Part shown: one piece after another, positions 12,601 to 26,700 of the stretch
Numbering within the stretch: the stretch's first letter is position 1
Layout of the letters: each line of letters opens with the position of its first letter
Origin: Laetmonice hystrix
Taxonomy: Eukaryota
Direction: 5' to 3'
Assembly (NCBI GenBank): GCA_965235115.1
Contig: OZ249436.1
Span: 7,628,001-7,692,000 of the forward strand
Length of the DNA stretch: 64,000 nt
Translations under genes and position numbers: made by a program
The notes under the pieces: model-generated
The model's database searches: none
The model's input: only the letters and a program-made list of their open reading frames with translations
Told to the model about the DNA's origin: nothing

Positions 12601-15600
12601 GTAAGGGCTGCCCCATATAGCATGACATCTGGTTGACCGGTTCAAAATTTGAAAAGCTGCCATGCGGCAATGAGAACAAGGATTGGAAATCATGTTAAGA
12701 CGGGCCGCTCTTAAATGACCTTGACCAGATTTCTTCATAGAAATGAAGTGACCAAATATTTCCTCATGTTAAGTCATAGCTCAATATTTGCGTACCTTTC
12801 CCCCCGTTCCCCATTGACGTAATTATGGTCCGTTCTCGTGGCAGTGGCGGCAAGGTCCTCACCATCTTTGGAGCCCACCTCGACTCCGTAGCGGCGCCAG
12901 GCATGTTTGTCACCAGCGTTGGAGAAAACGGACAGCGCCGCTTTCACTCGGTAGGTTGTGGGTTTTTTAAAAAAAGAAGTGACCTGTATAAGTATGGGAT
13001 ATAGTCCATAGGATAGTGCATAGGATGTAGGCTATTCATGATACTCGTGGCATAAATATAACGGCACTGTAGTGGTATAATAATGGGATCCGAGGGGATA
13101 GGAGTGGAACAGTTAAAGGAAATCTGTCCGAAAATTTAAATAAACGCAGTCAATTCAACAAAACTTGAATAAAAACAATTATTTTAAGGGGTTTCTAGCA
13201 GTCTGGTACCATGGCGCGTCCATATCGACAATGTTTTTAATTAATTAATTAAGCGTTTACCTATTTGGCTATACGAGAGCACGCGAATCAAATCATGCCC
13301 TTATTTGGATTATGGGGGGACGGCGGGCGGAGCAGTGCGGGGCAACGCATGCGCCCAATCCCGTTGCTTAGTAACAACCGCCCTAACAATGTTAACGCGG
13401 CCATGGCGGTCGTTCTCGGTTCTCAGTCCATTGAGATGAAAAACATGGGATGTATCGCCTCATTATGGCTCATAATCAACAAGAGACCTAGCACAACAAT
13501 GCTATGGATAGAATGTTTTATTAGTCCAGTGGGATAGATTATAGATCAGGTAAGCTTGAAATACGCGGATTCGTAGGAGGTGGGGACGAAACTCGGCGAC
13601 CGTAGGGTGATCGATTACCTTTAAAGGTTGTACATTTATTCTCGTTATTCTGATAGACTCAATGAGAAATCCAAAATTTTAAATCGTCAAGCAAGCATCC
13701 TGTCTAGAACATGATTGTAGGCCTACTGCCACCAGAGTGAACTGTTACCAAGCTACCCTACATAGGTACAAGTTAACAAACACAGAACAGAAAGAAGCGG
13801 ACGTTTTCCATTTTTGTTGGTAGGATTGCAGCCTTGTGAACAGCACGCAGATGATATGCCCGACTCCCAATCTGACTGAGAGTGTGCCACCGGAAGTAGC
13901 GGTAGGCCGACAGTCGGTGCAACCAGTGCGACGCGACAAACGCGACGCTGAGGTCGCCAAACCAATCAACAACGACGATCTCCAGTTCTTCCTCGGCTTT
14001 GAGCTGGACGGAGTGAAAGACTTCACGAATGTCACCGCCATCCACGTATATCGGGACCCTGTGTTCCACCGCTTTGATTCCACCAATAATGTTCATTATT
14101 ACATCCGCTCCAAAGATGCCTTCCTCAGGCTAAAGGTAGGTCCATAACAAGCAATTAAAACCTTCATGGACTAGGCTAGTCTACCCTCCCCTCGGTAAGG
14201 TTTAGTTGCAGCTCAGTTCGATAAGAACTTGGGAACATCTGTGGTTATGTAGTGCCAGATGTTGTTACGTCACTCGTTCTTTGCTGTAGACAGTCCCCAA
14301 ATAGATTAGGCCAATGTCATTCTTCATGATTTTGGTTTGTTCAAGCCTTGGGATATAGCCTACATTTTGTTATCATTATATAACCAATGTCGCCGCCAGG
14401 GAGAACGACTCGACTACAGCACAAGTATTAACGACTTCACGGTCCTGGTTGGTCGCGGGAGATGTGACGTCACAGACCTAGCAACCAATCAGCTCACCTG
14501 TAAACCCCCATTAATACGCCCAGGATTTTTGGACGAGTGGCGCGGGCCAGATGAGTCGCTTCCTGTCGTGGTAATTATAGGCCTAATTAGTGAATACGGG
14601 AGGGCATAAACCCCTATCTTACAAACTCAGGTCTTTAGCTTCAGGTCACAGTGTGGACGAGACATTGGGTGAGGTCAAATATGAGAGTTAACTATACGCC
14701 TGGATTATCCAGGTGTTATGTCAGGAAAAAGCGTTAACCTGGACCTTTAACACTAGGCTCCAGTTAACATTTTGACTACACCTTGTTAATACTTTGAAAA
14801 AACTCAGGTAACACTTTCCTGAGTTTTGACCTGTCTCAGGTGTTAACCCACAGGCGGTTAACACTTATGTATAGGTTTTCTGTGGTATTCCAAAGACACT
14901 TGGGACCTTACTGAGATTAAGGGGACACCTGAGTTATCTAGGTGTTTCCAAGGTGTGTTTTAGGTGTTAACACGTTGTTGAGACAGTGTTAACTCAGTGT
15001 TAAGTAAACACCCAGGACGAGGTCAAATGTCCGATTTATAGAACACTTTCTTAATACCTAGCGTTAACACCCATTTAACATTTAGATTTGACCTTACCCA
15101 TTGTAAGTGTTTCCAGGACCGAAAGCTCTTAATTGCCTGAGATATGGTCAATGATATTCTATCCACGCAACGATCGACACCGGAGTGCATGTCAGAAATG
15201 GAAGAATTGTGTGTGTTTTCACTTCTCCGCGGGGAATATGCCTATACTGATGGCTCGATGGCATGTCTTGAAATGAACTCTTTTGTGACCCTGCACCGAC
15301 CAAAACATTCCCTTTATGATTAGTCCTACCCGATGATGGCATCAATGATTAATTTTGTGCCGGGTTGGTATGTCGCATTCACATCAATCACAGTTTTAGC
15401 GTCCCCAAGTTGACAGCGACTAATTACAATGAATTATCATTGCAGGTGTTGGTCGGGTATTTGAAGTTCCACGTGGGTTTCGTGAAGTACACAGACTCTG
15501 ATGAGAAGGAACTCATACTATGGTTGTCTATTACCGCTATCCTCATGCTATGGGTGGTCACTCTATGCGCATGCATCGGCTGGAATCTGCGCAGGCGTAC

Positions 15601-18600
15601 TGGTACGTCCAACATCCTGGGTACCGGTACCGCCAACGTGAACGGCATCGGGCCCAGCAAGACTGGCGTGAGGGGAGTTGGCGAGTACCTCTACACGGGC
15701 GACAGCTCAGGTGAGAAAGTGCCCCTAACTAGGTATATATGCCCTAATAAGGGAATGACATAATGGGAGACTCGAGACGCATGCGCAAGGGGGCATTCCA
15801 GGCACAACCACGTGGCAGCAGCACTGTCGTGCCGGTGTGACAGGAATCCAAGTCCTCAGACTTATCAGATAACACCCGTTCATAATACATTTGTAGTTCT
15901 CAAGTATCCACTAGGTGGTTTATGGTGGGGGCAAGTCTATACATAAATCCTTTAAAATATAGACCTATCATACAATTTTCAATTCTGTTATAATATCAAG
16001 TGGCCGTCATAATATGCCATCGACCATTAGGCCCAAGAATTCCAGCATGCGTACGGTCCATAGGCCTATAGGCTAAATGTAGGCTGAATGTTTCAGACGA
16101 TACGGCTGTGACGATTGTCCCTCCGCTGGATGTAGAGGTCGCTCATATAGCAAGTGGCGACCTCTGGTCGGCGATTGAGGAACCTCTCCTGTCAAAGGTC
16201 AAAGAGCATCAAGTGGACTCAAGTCGGCTCAAACTCGGAGAATGTATTGGTGTCGGTTTGTATCGTCTATTAGTTGTCACCAAGTCACCCATTATAGGCC
16301 TAGGTGACCTGTTGGTCATGCAGGGGGGGGGGGGAAGATCGTCTATATCATCACCAAGTCACCCATAGGCCTAGGTCTAGGTGACCTGTTGGTCAGGGGG
16401 GAAGAAGCAGTGGGAACCATTTTTAAAACCGTCATATAGACCATCTATTGGTCCTCTATGATTATAGCTGACTATATATGAGAAAAATAAAACGCTAATC
16501 GTCAAAACCCGGAGGATTACAAATGCGACCTCTGACGGCTAGTAGGCCTATAGGCCTAGGCCTAATAAAGGCTCGTATCGGACCCGGCAGCGAGGTGGTC
16601 TGAAGACGCATTAAAAATGCATTTTAACCCCCCCGCCCCTTTCCGTATTTACATGCACTTTTCTCACTTGTGCAAATGTCTGCAGGAAGCTTTGGTCGTG
16701 TTTACAAGGGTGAGATGGAGGAGGCCGACGGTGGTGGTAATATGGAGGTTGCGGTCAAGACATTACGTGGTGAGTGAGCGTCCCACCGGCCCCCTGGTGG
16801 CATGGCGAGGAACTAGTCAGAACATCATTTTCTTTCAAAATTTTTAAAGGCAACTTTAGATGAACTTTGCATTTACGGACCCTTTAACTTACAAATTATC
16901 TTACATATTTACATCATTGATACGCTTGGAATACGCCCCTAATTTCTTTCAGAGTCAGGCGGGGAAAATAGTAGGCCTAGTCACACCTGAGGACTAGCGT
17001 ATCATTATAGCTGTTACGTAGTGGTGACGGGCGTGAAACTAGTCCATTATTTTACGTACAACAGATGGTTCCGTGTCAGGGAACGAATTGCCACAGTTCC
17101 TGGAGGAAGCCCTGGTAATGGCTGGCTTCGAGCATGAGCATATCCTGCCACTGTATGGCGTGGTGGTTAACGGCAGTATCCCATACGTTATATCGGAGTT
17201 CATGGATAAAGGTGACCTTCGCTCCTTCGTCAAACAAACCTCCAAGGTCAGTGCTGTAACGTTACTTGTATCAAGTTAGAATTTTGGATTAGTAGCCAAT
17301 TAGGTCGATGTCAAGGTCTTTTCTTTTTGACATAAAAAGTATGTCCCAATTAAAAACTCAAGAAGCCTCTTTTGTGTAAGCATAGAGATATAGGCTAAGC
17401 CTACGCTGTTGACCCCCTTCCCATCGAAAAAAAGCTCCATAGACTCAGTCAACGGTCTCAGATCAAAACTAGTATGTCAATGGCTTTCCAGATCAAAGAC
17501 AAAATGAAATATTTGACGTATTGAAACTTGACTCCTATCATTTCCAGGCTCAGACGGGCCCAGGGGAGCTTCTGAACTTCGCCCGCCAGGTGGCAGTAGG
17601 AATGGTATATTTATCCGCTAGGGGTTTCATACATCGCGATCTGGCAGCTCGCAATTGCCTGTAAGAGTCTTTTCTTTTTGCGAATATATTTTCGTCACGC
17701 GAGATAGTCATATGGGTCATTTTTATATGCAGTTTAATTACATTAAATGATATCACATGTAGATTCTAAGCATATTAGTTATGAGAAACCCGTACGGGGG
17801 GAGGCATAGGCCTACATCTAGGCTAACTGATGCCGTCTTGGCCAGAACCAAAAACAAATCAAAACAATTGGTTCTGATTTTACCTTCATATTTCCTTTCC
17901 AAAATATTTCCATTTCAGTGTAAATCACTCAAATTCGGTAAAGATTGGAGATTTTGGGTTGTCACGTGATCTTCATGGCGCAGATTACTACAAAGTTGGA
18001 GATATTGGCCGACCTCTCCCAGTAAAATGGATGTCCGTCGAGAGCCTCAACCTCGGAAAGTTTTCTTCCCGCTCCGACGTGGTAAGACTTCATTAATACA
18101 TGTGACGTAGATGATTAACCCTAGATCTTGCTTAAGCATAAACTTGATTCTTCTGATTGGTTCCACCAAACCGGGAACTCATTTAGCGGCGTTAAGCTTA
18201 GAGGTCTACGCCGAAGCTAGCGGGTTGAACTGCTGGACGTTTAAGGAACAGGACCTTGCATCCTGACCTAATTAGCAGGTCCCATAGCCATGCTTCATTC
18301 ATCTAGAATTTATTTAAATACGTGAGAGCAAGAAGACTTGATTGATACAGTTTAATGTGTAGCCTAACAAGACCTGATTCCTCACACCTTGCTTCTACTT
18401 CCAGTGGTCGTTCGGTGTCGTGATGTGGGAACTCCTAACCAGGGGGCGTACTCCGTATGACTCCGTCCCGAATGTGGACTTGAAAAATCACATTAACCTC
18501 GACAACCGGCTGCCACAGCCCGAAGAAGCTAGTGACGAAATGTAATTTCAGTGTCATTTTCTTGAAAAGTAAAGAAACATTTGCTAGAAAATATGGGCCT

Positions 18601-19185
18601 AAGTAATGCTGAATGGTAAAAATTAATGGTGTCTCGAATCGCAAAATATGCAAACCACCTCACTCTGGCATTTCGAACTTTCAGGCAATCTTTGATGGAA
18701 CGCTGCTGGCGTTGCCAGCCCGACGAAAGACCAACATTCGAAGACCTAGTGACTGCTTTGGAAGAACTCATTAACAATAATGTCAGTAGCGGCCCTGATT
18801 CACAGATACCCTGAATAGGTTACGGCCTCACATGACGTATTATAGGCAGGCCTTACTGGGCAAACACCCAGAACCTTTGATATTCTGTGGCTCACCCAGA
18901 GCGCGCAGATAGAAAGATACCTCAAGTTGGTGGTTCAAGGCGTTCAAGGTTCGGTTTTGTTGAAAGGTACCCCCGTACTACAGTATTACACAGGATACGT
19001 CGGTGTTTGTTGAAGATCGCCGCGACTGCTCGCCTGCCCGACGTGTGGACGCTGACGTATGGAGTAGGCAGACGACAGAATCAGTGGAAAGACGGAGCCA
19101 ATACTTTGCTACGTCCAAACAGAAGTTGTACAAACTTGAAGGTGTACGTATTGAACGCCAAGTGCTTATGTCTGATGTACTTTAA
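9693..19185 (+). CDS. Met/plexin-like receptor tyrosine kinase (signal peptide - ephrin-receptor-like Cys repeat - 3 IPT-like domains - TM - tyrosine kinase)
   Basis: Phase-consistent exons: 9693-9771 (GCCACCATG, upstream in-frame TGA, hydrophobic signal), 10892-11088 ([19 protein letters not shown]...GATSVTQC), 11489-11628 ([14 protein letters not shown]), 12254-12427, 12845-12950, 13824-14135, 14400-14570, 15446-15710 (TM then RRR), 16097-16255, 16686-16769 (GVGSFGRVY, VAVK), 17065-17246, 17548-17660 (HRDLAARN), 17919-18081 ([15 protein letters not shown]), 18405-18541 ([14 protein letters not shown]), then either 18685-18814 (stop; 803 aa) or 18685-18781 + 18967-19185 (865 aa). Confidence 0.9.
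11965..12148. repeat. 62-bp tandem repeat, 3 copies, in RTK intron
   Basis: AAGGGGTTAACAAAATTGCGCACCTGTTGTATTGTGAATGGTGACCGTTACTTT starts at 11965, 12027 and 12089. Confidence 0.92.
14662..15104. mobile_element. MITE with internal GTTAACAC-type subrepeats in RTK intron
   Basis: TIRs ACATTGGGTGAGGTCAAAT / ATTTGACCTTACCCATTGT. Confidence 0.65.
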
Positions 19186-20742
19186 TAAAGAAAGTGATCA
19201 TGGAAATCATAAACCACACAGAGAGCTGCTGTGAAGGTCTAGTTTCAGCATATAGGACATATTCTGATGTCATTTTACAATTTACTGGTAATTTCATTGA
19301 TACGGATATTCCGTGGCTCATGTCATGTATAAAGGCATCACAAAAGACAGACCAAAACATTTCTAAGTCGATTTTACTAACAGAACTACTACGGGAGTGG
19401 TCTGGAATTGACTTGACGTAATTTACGCTGTACAAACGCCTGTTCGTGTTAGGAGATCAGTGTATCTTCAGAACTGGGCGGGAAACCCATCAGTATTTTT
19501 TTACTGCCAAGTGTCTCAACTTTGAACCCTAGCAACCATTGCTACGTTACAGTGGGCCAGTCTGCTGCTGCTGTGAAACGTTTGTTCAAGGTCACTAATG
19601 TCACCGAGCCTGTAACGTATTCAGTAGACTTTTTAGGATTAGACCATACGGTATGGAACAATTTCAATACATGTTGCTGAAACTAATCCGCAATAAACGA
19701 TTCTTCACTGGATTCACAAATAAACAATTCGATCTGTATTTAGAAGTCCTTTCAGCACATGTATAAGAGATGGTCCTAACATCGCAGATCGTAGGCCCCG
19801 CATTTCTGAGGCAAAACTTAAAGATTCAAATGTAAAGAAAACCTGTAGATGTAAGAGTCAGGTAAAAATAAAATGTTCTCTTCAAAACGACTCAAGCGTT
19901 TAGCGTACCCGAATTGATCTTTAGACAAAGAAAAAACTAGTACTACTAAAAGAGTGAGTTAACTGTACATACATATACGGCATATCTGTATCCGACTCCA
20001 GTGTCATTCATTTGTCCAGTGATACTGTTAACGAAGACGTCATCACAGATCAAGACAGTATGCAATAAACTCAAAGAGTTTATCTTCTAGAAACGTAGGA
20101 GATAATGTCAGCGTCTGAGATCAACGGTGTTCAAGCTGTTCATAATATGACAACTGTAAAATTTCATGAAAATTCGTTGCTTTATTTTCAAGTTATGATA
20201 CTAAAGCATTATTATGTACATTATATACCTAAAATCGCATTTCTGCACAGCAGAAAGTTACCTAAGTAACCTTAATACAAATTGGCCACCACCATTTTCG
20301 GAATAGCTTCCGAACCCTCTATGAACGTATGGCAAGTATAACTTTCACTGTAGGTCTTCCTACCCCAAATTTGACCAAAATAAATACATGTATTAAGACA
20401 TTATTTTTTCTCAATATACTTTCTGAGAACATGACTCCTTGTCTAAAATACAAGCTTTAATAAGGGTGCAAAATGTCACATAATTATTTTGAAATGCTGT
20501 AATTTGCTTCAATGGATGGAAATGTATGAAGTCAACTCATAAAACTGTTAACTCTGCAACTCCTGTATAAAAAGTATGCTAATGTACAAGATATCTAATC
20601 GGAAAGGCAGTTTCCATGTATTCATAGTTTTAAACTGCTGAGCAGTTGAATGTACTTTCCATAAATTGTTAATGATGCTGGTATGAATGAGTTATTTTAC
20701 TCCCTAAGTAACAAAGTATTTCCACTGGATTTGGTCAATTGA

Positions 20743-23700
20743 CTACGCGGGTATAAGTGGGCACTTATTTTTCCGATGACCTGGAAACACAGAAAGAAAA
20801 TCCGTAAAGTGATAGGACAGAGCACAATATACCGAAAACTAAAGCATTATACATGTATTACATATAGCAATCACCTCTGAATTTGAGGGCCAAGTAAAGC
20901 CAACCAATTCGTTTCTAAGCTTGCCAGATATTGAAAATCCAATCATATTTAAGTTTTCTTAGAAACATTGCAGGAGAACACACCAGACAGGTCATTAAGT
21001 GTTAACTAATACACTGTATACATTTATTCCGTTAGTTTCCGTGATTTTGGATGAAATAAACCGATGTGTATACCTGGTTGTCGACAGTTACTGCATGTCA
21101 TTTTTCTCTTGGTGCCAGGCTGTTGATTTGCTCCCTGTCGAGCATTACTCGCAGCTTCGTTACCACCTCTGTATCCCCCACCTGTAAGGGGTTCATAGAA
21201 ATGTGATAGGGTCATTAGAATATCATCTTATATTATATTTCTGTAAAATAAAAGTCAAACGTGAAGATGAAGCCAAGCTAATTTATACACCGTCGGCCAC
21301 ATACCCTGGAATCCTCCTCCTCCTCCTCCCCCTCCTCCTCCTCCTCCCCCTCCAACACCTGCAGCCTCGTCACCCCACTGGAAGAAGTTACAACCTTCTC
21401 CACGTGGTTTGGGGCAACCGTAGAACTGACGACCTTTGTTGGGACCTTCCTTCTGTACTGTCAGCCTAAAACAGTCCATTTGTTCATCAATATACACATT
21501 TCTGGTGTTGACGGGGAATTTTTATATGAATCCTACTATTTATTTAGTGTGTATACCGTGTATACCGTAAGGTACAGGAGAGGAGCAAAGTTTACTCACT
21601 GTTTTGCAGCTTGACCACATTTACACATAACGTCATTGTTGCCGCCAACAGAAGTCCCTGCCCAACTCTGCCTCTGTGGTGGTGGAGGTCTATGATACAA
21701 AACCAGGACATTACTCGCAAAGGCCACTGAGTAAATTTATATAAATATATACAATACTGAACAACATGCCAACAATTCTACAAGAGACAATGCAGGCCTT
21801 TTCTCCATAGGAAGTTTAATATTCGAACAGAATTAAAAGCTATGTGGTAAAATCTTACCTATTATTGTTATAAGAATAATTTCCAGTCTGTCCCCCGCCG
21901 TATGTGCCCCTGCCTCCACCCCCGCCCCTGCCTCCATCCCCGCCCCCGCCCCCACCACCATCACCGCCTCCACCACTTTCATCTGCCCACAAGAAGAATG
22001 TGCATCTGTCGTCCTGTGATTTGGCACACACGTAAAAGGTACGTCCTGCAGAAGACAAAAATTTGACTCGTATTCTAGTACCAGTGTTCATAATAGGCGG
22101 CATTTTTCATGCACTTTTTTCATCGTCGAAGCCTATCTCATAACAAGCCTGTGCTATCATCTATCATCACCTTACCTCTAGAAATGTTTACTCACCTTTG
22201 TTTGGTCCCTCTTTTTTTACTGTCAGCAGCCTGCCATCCTCACCACAGTTGCAGACAATGGCACTTGCTTCATCATTAGCACCTGAACTTGGCTGGAAGT
22301 TCGCCCGGCTGCCTGGACCACCTCCATGACCTCCCCGACCACTTGGCAGCAAGTTAGGACGACTTGATTGTACTCCTACAATCAACCAGGAGAAAACTAT
22401 TCTCATACTTTGCAACAATAACGATTTTGAAATTTTTCAGCAGAGTGAAACTCTACAAATCTCACACCTGAGTCAAGTAAATGTCTCCATACCTTAATAG
22501 TGATTTATGAGTCTTTTTTTTTTATTTATGACTCTCTAAAGAGAAATATAAGCCTGAAAATATCCCATTTATATCCTTAGGAAGGTATGAACTTTGCAAT
22601 ATTTTGATCCTTGACGGAAGAGTTATACAGGCACCTGAAGATCCTAGCGGTGTTCTTCTGGTGTTCTGTGTTGAGAAGGAGCGAGTATTTTGTGATCCAA
22701 AACCAGTTGTACTCAAGTTGGAGTTACTGTTCAGGCTGCTTCCATATCCACTGTCATTACCACGGCGTGACGTCTGACTTACACCTGGGCCATCCACCAT
22801 GAGAAATAGGGTTAGCACCTTTTAAACGTTAAATAGCAATGATTGGGTAATTAAATTCTGTGTGTGAAGAGATCTTTTAGACTACCTGTTGGTCTTTGTG
22901 TTGGTGTCCATCTGATATTCAGAGCTTCTCGGAGCTCATTATCACAGCTTATACATGTTATATACCTAAAACACATCAGTCACAGATTACGATCCTTTCT
23001 AAGTACAGCTGCGGATAATCTAGATTCATCTGAAGGTGCTCTCCTGAATTAGTTAACTCTATATAAGGAGCCGAAGTAGGTCACGAGATGTTGCACTACA
23101 ATGCGATAAAAGTCAGTTCATTAGGCTCAAAAGACTCATAGGTGACACTTCATTATCGCTCAAGCTTGTTTAGCATTGCACCGGCCATAAGGAATGGCGA
23201 CTGTCAACTTCAACTTGTGATTTCTCTGTAATTATGCTGCTCTTAGTCATGAGCCTTCCCAGATATTTGTATCAACCTGTTTTATGTTTAAATAAATATT
23301 TTTGATACTTAAAAAATCAAAATTCTTAAAGACTAGGCTGATCTTTGGAACTATGTCTCTTCATCTTATGTTAAACCAGTGGGGAAATTTGTGACATAAC
23401 AATTGTGTGTCAACAGCGCTGCAGTTTTGACGCTCTATTTGTACCTCCTAACCAGAAAACCCATAATCGTGCCGCGAGACTTCAGTTCCCTATTGACTCA
23501 ATAATCCCTTTAAGAAAGACATCCATTTACCGACAACTTAACACCTGGTCACACTTACTCCAGTGGTATGTAAGGCGGAACTGATCCTCTTTTGAACTTA
23601 AACTTGATCTTACGCGGGTTTCCCGCACACTGAAAAGTATATGGTGAAAAGACATATCTGTCAAAGTCAATCAAACACAAGCCATACAGTCAGCTTTATA

Positions 23701-26700
23701 CATGTATACATACTTCTTGACTCAATATTTTCACATTTAGTTACAAATTAATGAATAAAAATTAAAGCAAAAGCTTGCACCCCCTACCTGAGCACATTTT
23801 TCCTCTTCAACAGTTGCATGTAGTACAGATTCTGGGAGCCAGATAGCATTCCGACAGTCTGGATAACCCATACAGGTCAGGAAGTACCTACATAATGTAC
23901 ATGTAAATATGACCAAGGTTTGTCTCATATCCTGGCATCACATTTCACATCATTTCCTGAATGGACTCGAACACATTTTTATTATCTTCAGGTTACTATT
24001 CTTGGTTAAATATGGCTGTCCCTTTTGTTAAAGCATCAGCTATGCGTATAATGGCGGGCTCAGACAGTGCGACGCGACTGCTTGCGACGCGACTCCATCG
24101 TCGCGTCGGCCTGTCTGAGCTACCTTGCAATGCGATTCTGGCCAGTTGCAGTTGCGTCGCAAGACATGTTTTATATTTTGCAACTGGTTGCTTTGTCTGA
24201 GCGGGCTGCCAACGCGACTGGACCGTTGCTAGCGCTAATAACCAATAAGAGACAATCATTTATTGTTCTTGTGACGATTACAACGTCACAAGCTAATTGT
24301 GACGTAATAGGGTCGCTGTAGCGCTAGCGATCACGTTGCTCTGTGTGAGCTCTCCCGTCTTTCAGTCGTGTGCAACTTGCGATTCACTGCAACTGTTGCC
24401 GTTGCAAGGAATCGCGTTGCATCGCTCTGTCTGAGCCTGCCATTAGCATCCTATCTTCAGAATTCATGTCCATATTTTGACTGTTTAATTGAAAATTAAA
24501 TGGAACATATTCAAAGATTATTTTCAAGTTATGTATAAGTTATTGAGCTTGTTGTAAATCAGGCTGAAAACAAAGAAACTAACGTACAGAAAGAAATCAG
24601 CAACATTTTTAACGCAATGTGTTTTTTTAATTAACTTGATTAAACCATACCCTTTTCCATCTTTCTTGGTCTTCATTACCATATCCTGACCACACTGGTC
24701 ACATTTCCGAGCAACCAGCGAAACCTGGGGCTCAACATCTGTGGGGGAAACAGATTTAAATTAAATTTAGTAAGCAATTTTTAAAATTACAGTTCAAATA
24801 GTGCAGGATCATGGCTGCTGGAATACAGCTATACTACCTGATTAAATACCAGTAAATCAGGGGTCAAATCTTTTCATCACATCATGTTTGTCATTAAATA
24901 ATGTCCTTCAAAGAAAGAATGTTCAGGGAAAGTATTTTTCTGTCAGCCTACTAGTAAACCTCTGGTAACGAAATATTGATTTGAAAAGTTTTATTCAATG
25001 AACTTGTCATGAGCTATATAAATTAAAGTTATGTTACTCACCCTGGGCCTGGTAAGGTGCAGCATTGCCAAAATACTCAGACAGAGCTGCATCTATTTTT
25101 TGAGCCTATAATCAAAAGTTCAAATACATTTTAAACATAAACGTTAAATATATTATTGTGTTATAATCACAGAAATGTGTGACCACTGCAAGACCAAGCA
25201 GCTATTTTCTTTACCAATGTCATTTCATTCAAGGATCGGTATACACAAGTATATAAATAAACACACACAGGAGTTTACCATGACAAATTTCTTTGATCTT
25301 ACCTGCTTGACTGCCTCTATAAATACCAATTTATAATTCTGTATCTGTTGCTGCAGTACATCTGAAAGACAGTAAGGCCACAACTCTGGATAAAAGTTAG
25401 AATGATAGAATGTAGCCTGTTACTATCCTACAACTAGCATATATACATGAGTACCGTATATATACCAAATAGATCACCACACTCTAAAACCAAGGTGATT
25501 TGGACCTCATGGTCAGGGAAAAAGGTTCTTACAATAGCTGAGCACCTCCCTGATCTGTTCCACCCAGCTTACCACATGTAACCGTAGGCCTACTAGACAA
25601 AACATACATAGTCACAATATAGCCTGAACGTTTTCTTTGCTTTTGCAAAACATCTTTTAAAGGGAACCCCCACCCCTACTTTTAAAGTCATCACAGATGG
25701 CCACATACAATGACCAGTCTAGTTTATACAGTAACCACTAGGTGTCTCACTGACTGAGCAGATTGTGCTGCCCTTGAACTAGCTACGCTCCTTGGCGACC
25801 ATCAGCGCCAAGGAGCGGAGCGGCGGGCAGGGGAACCAAACTACCCTTCAACTGCCATGTGTCAACACGGGAAATAGTAAACGTGACACCTGGTGGCTAG
25901 TGGGGGAACTATCCTGTGGTCTGTCTTTTCGATAGATGGCCACACCCCAAATTTCAGGTTGGGCTCCAGGGGGGAAAAATGTGTCGATCTATTATACGTA
26001 TATCCGTTTTTAAATACCTATAGAAACCACATGATAAAAAGAGCTATTATCTACATGTGAATTGGTCTGGCCTGAAAAGCAGATTGAATGTTATTCAATG
26101 GACAAACGGAAAATAATGACATACCATCCTTGTCCTTGTGACCCTCACATATCCTAAAGGAACAAAACAAGAAATGATTTAATGTATATAGTTGTGTTGT
26201 GTACTGTCAAGTTCACTGTGTGCACAATACTTCTGTTCAACTTCTCAATATCCAATACTCTTCAAAAACTGATATGAAAATTACACTGAAAGATCAGTTT
26301 GTTCCTGTACTCACAATTTTAAATCTGCTTCCAATTCTGCTCTCAAGTTGGGTTTGGACATCTCATACCCCATGGCATCATAACCTGAGAATATATAGTA
26401 AATATAGTCTATTTCATATTACAAACCAGCAAGCCACAGTTGGGTAAGTCTTGTATTACATTTCTGTGAACCCTCACATACATCAGATAATCACCATTCC
26501 AGAATGTGACCTCACCTTCAACAAGACCCATTCCAAGTTCACCAGGTACAAACTTGGAGTCTGGTCGAACTCCCACATAGAGCCGCGATTTGATGGTCTC
26601 AATATGATCAGCATGAGTGGCGTCAGTACCTGGGGTAAGAGAAACGTGGAAAACATATTAAACAAAATAATTTATACTTGTCCCAATTCAACAGTTAATG

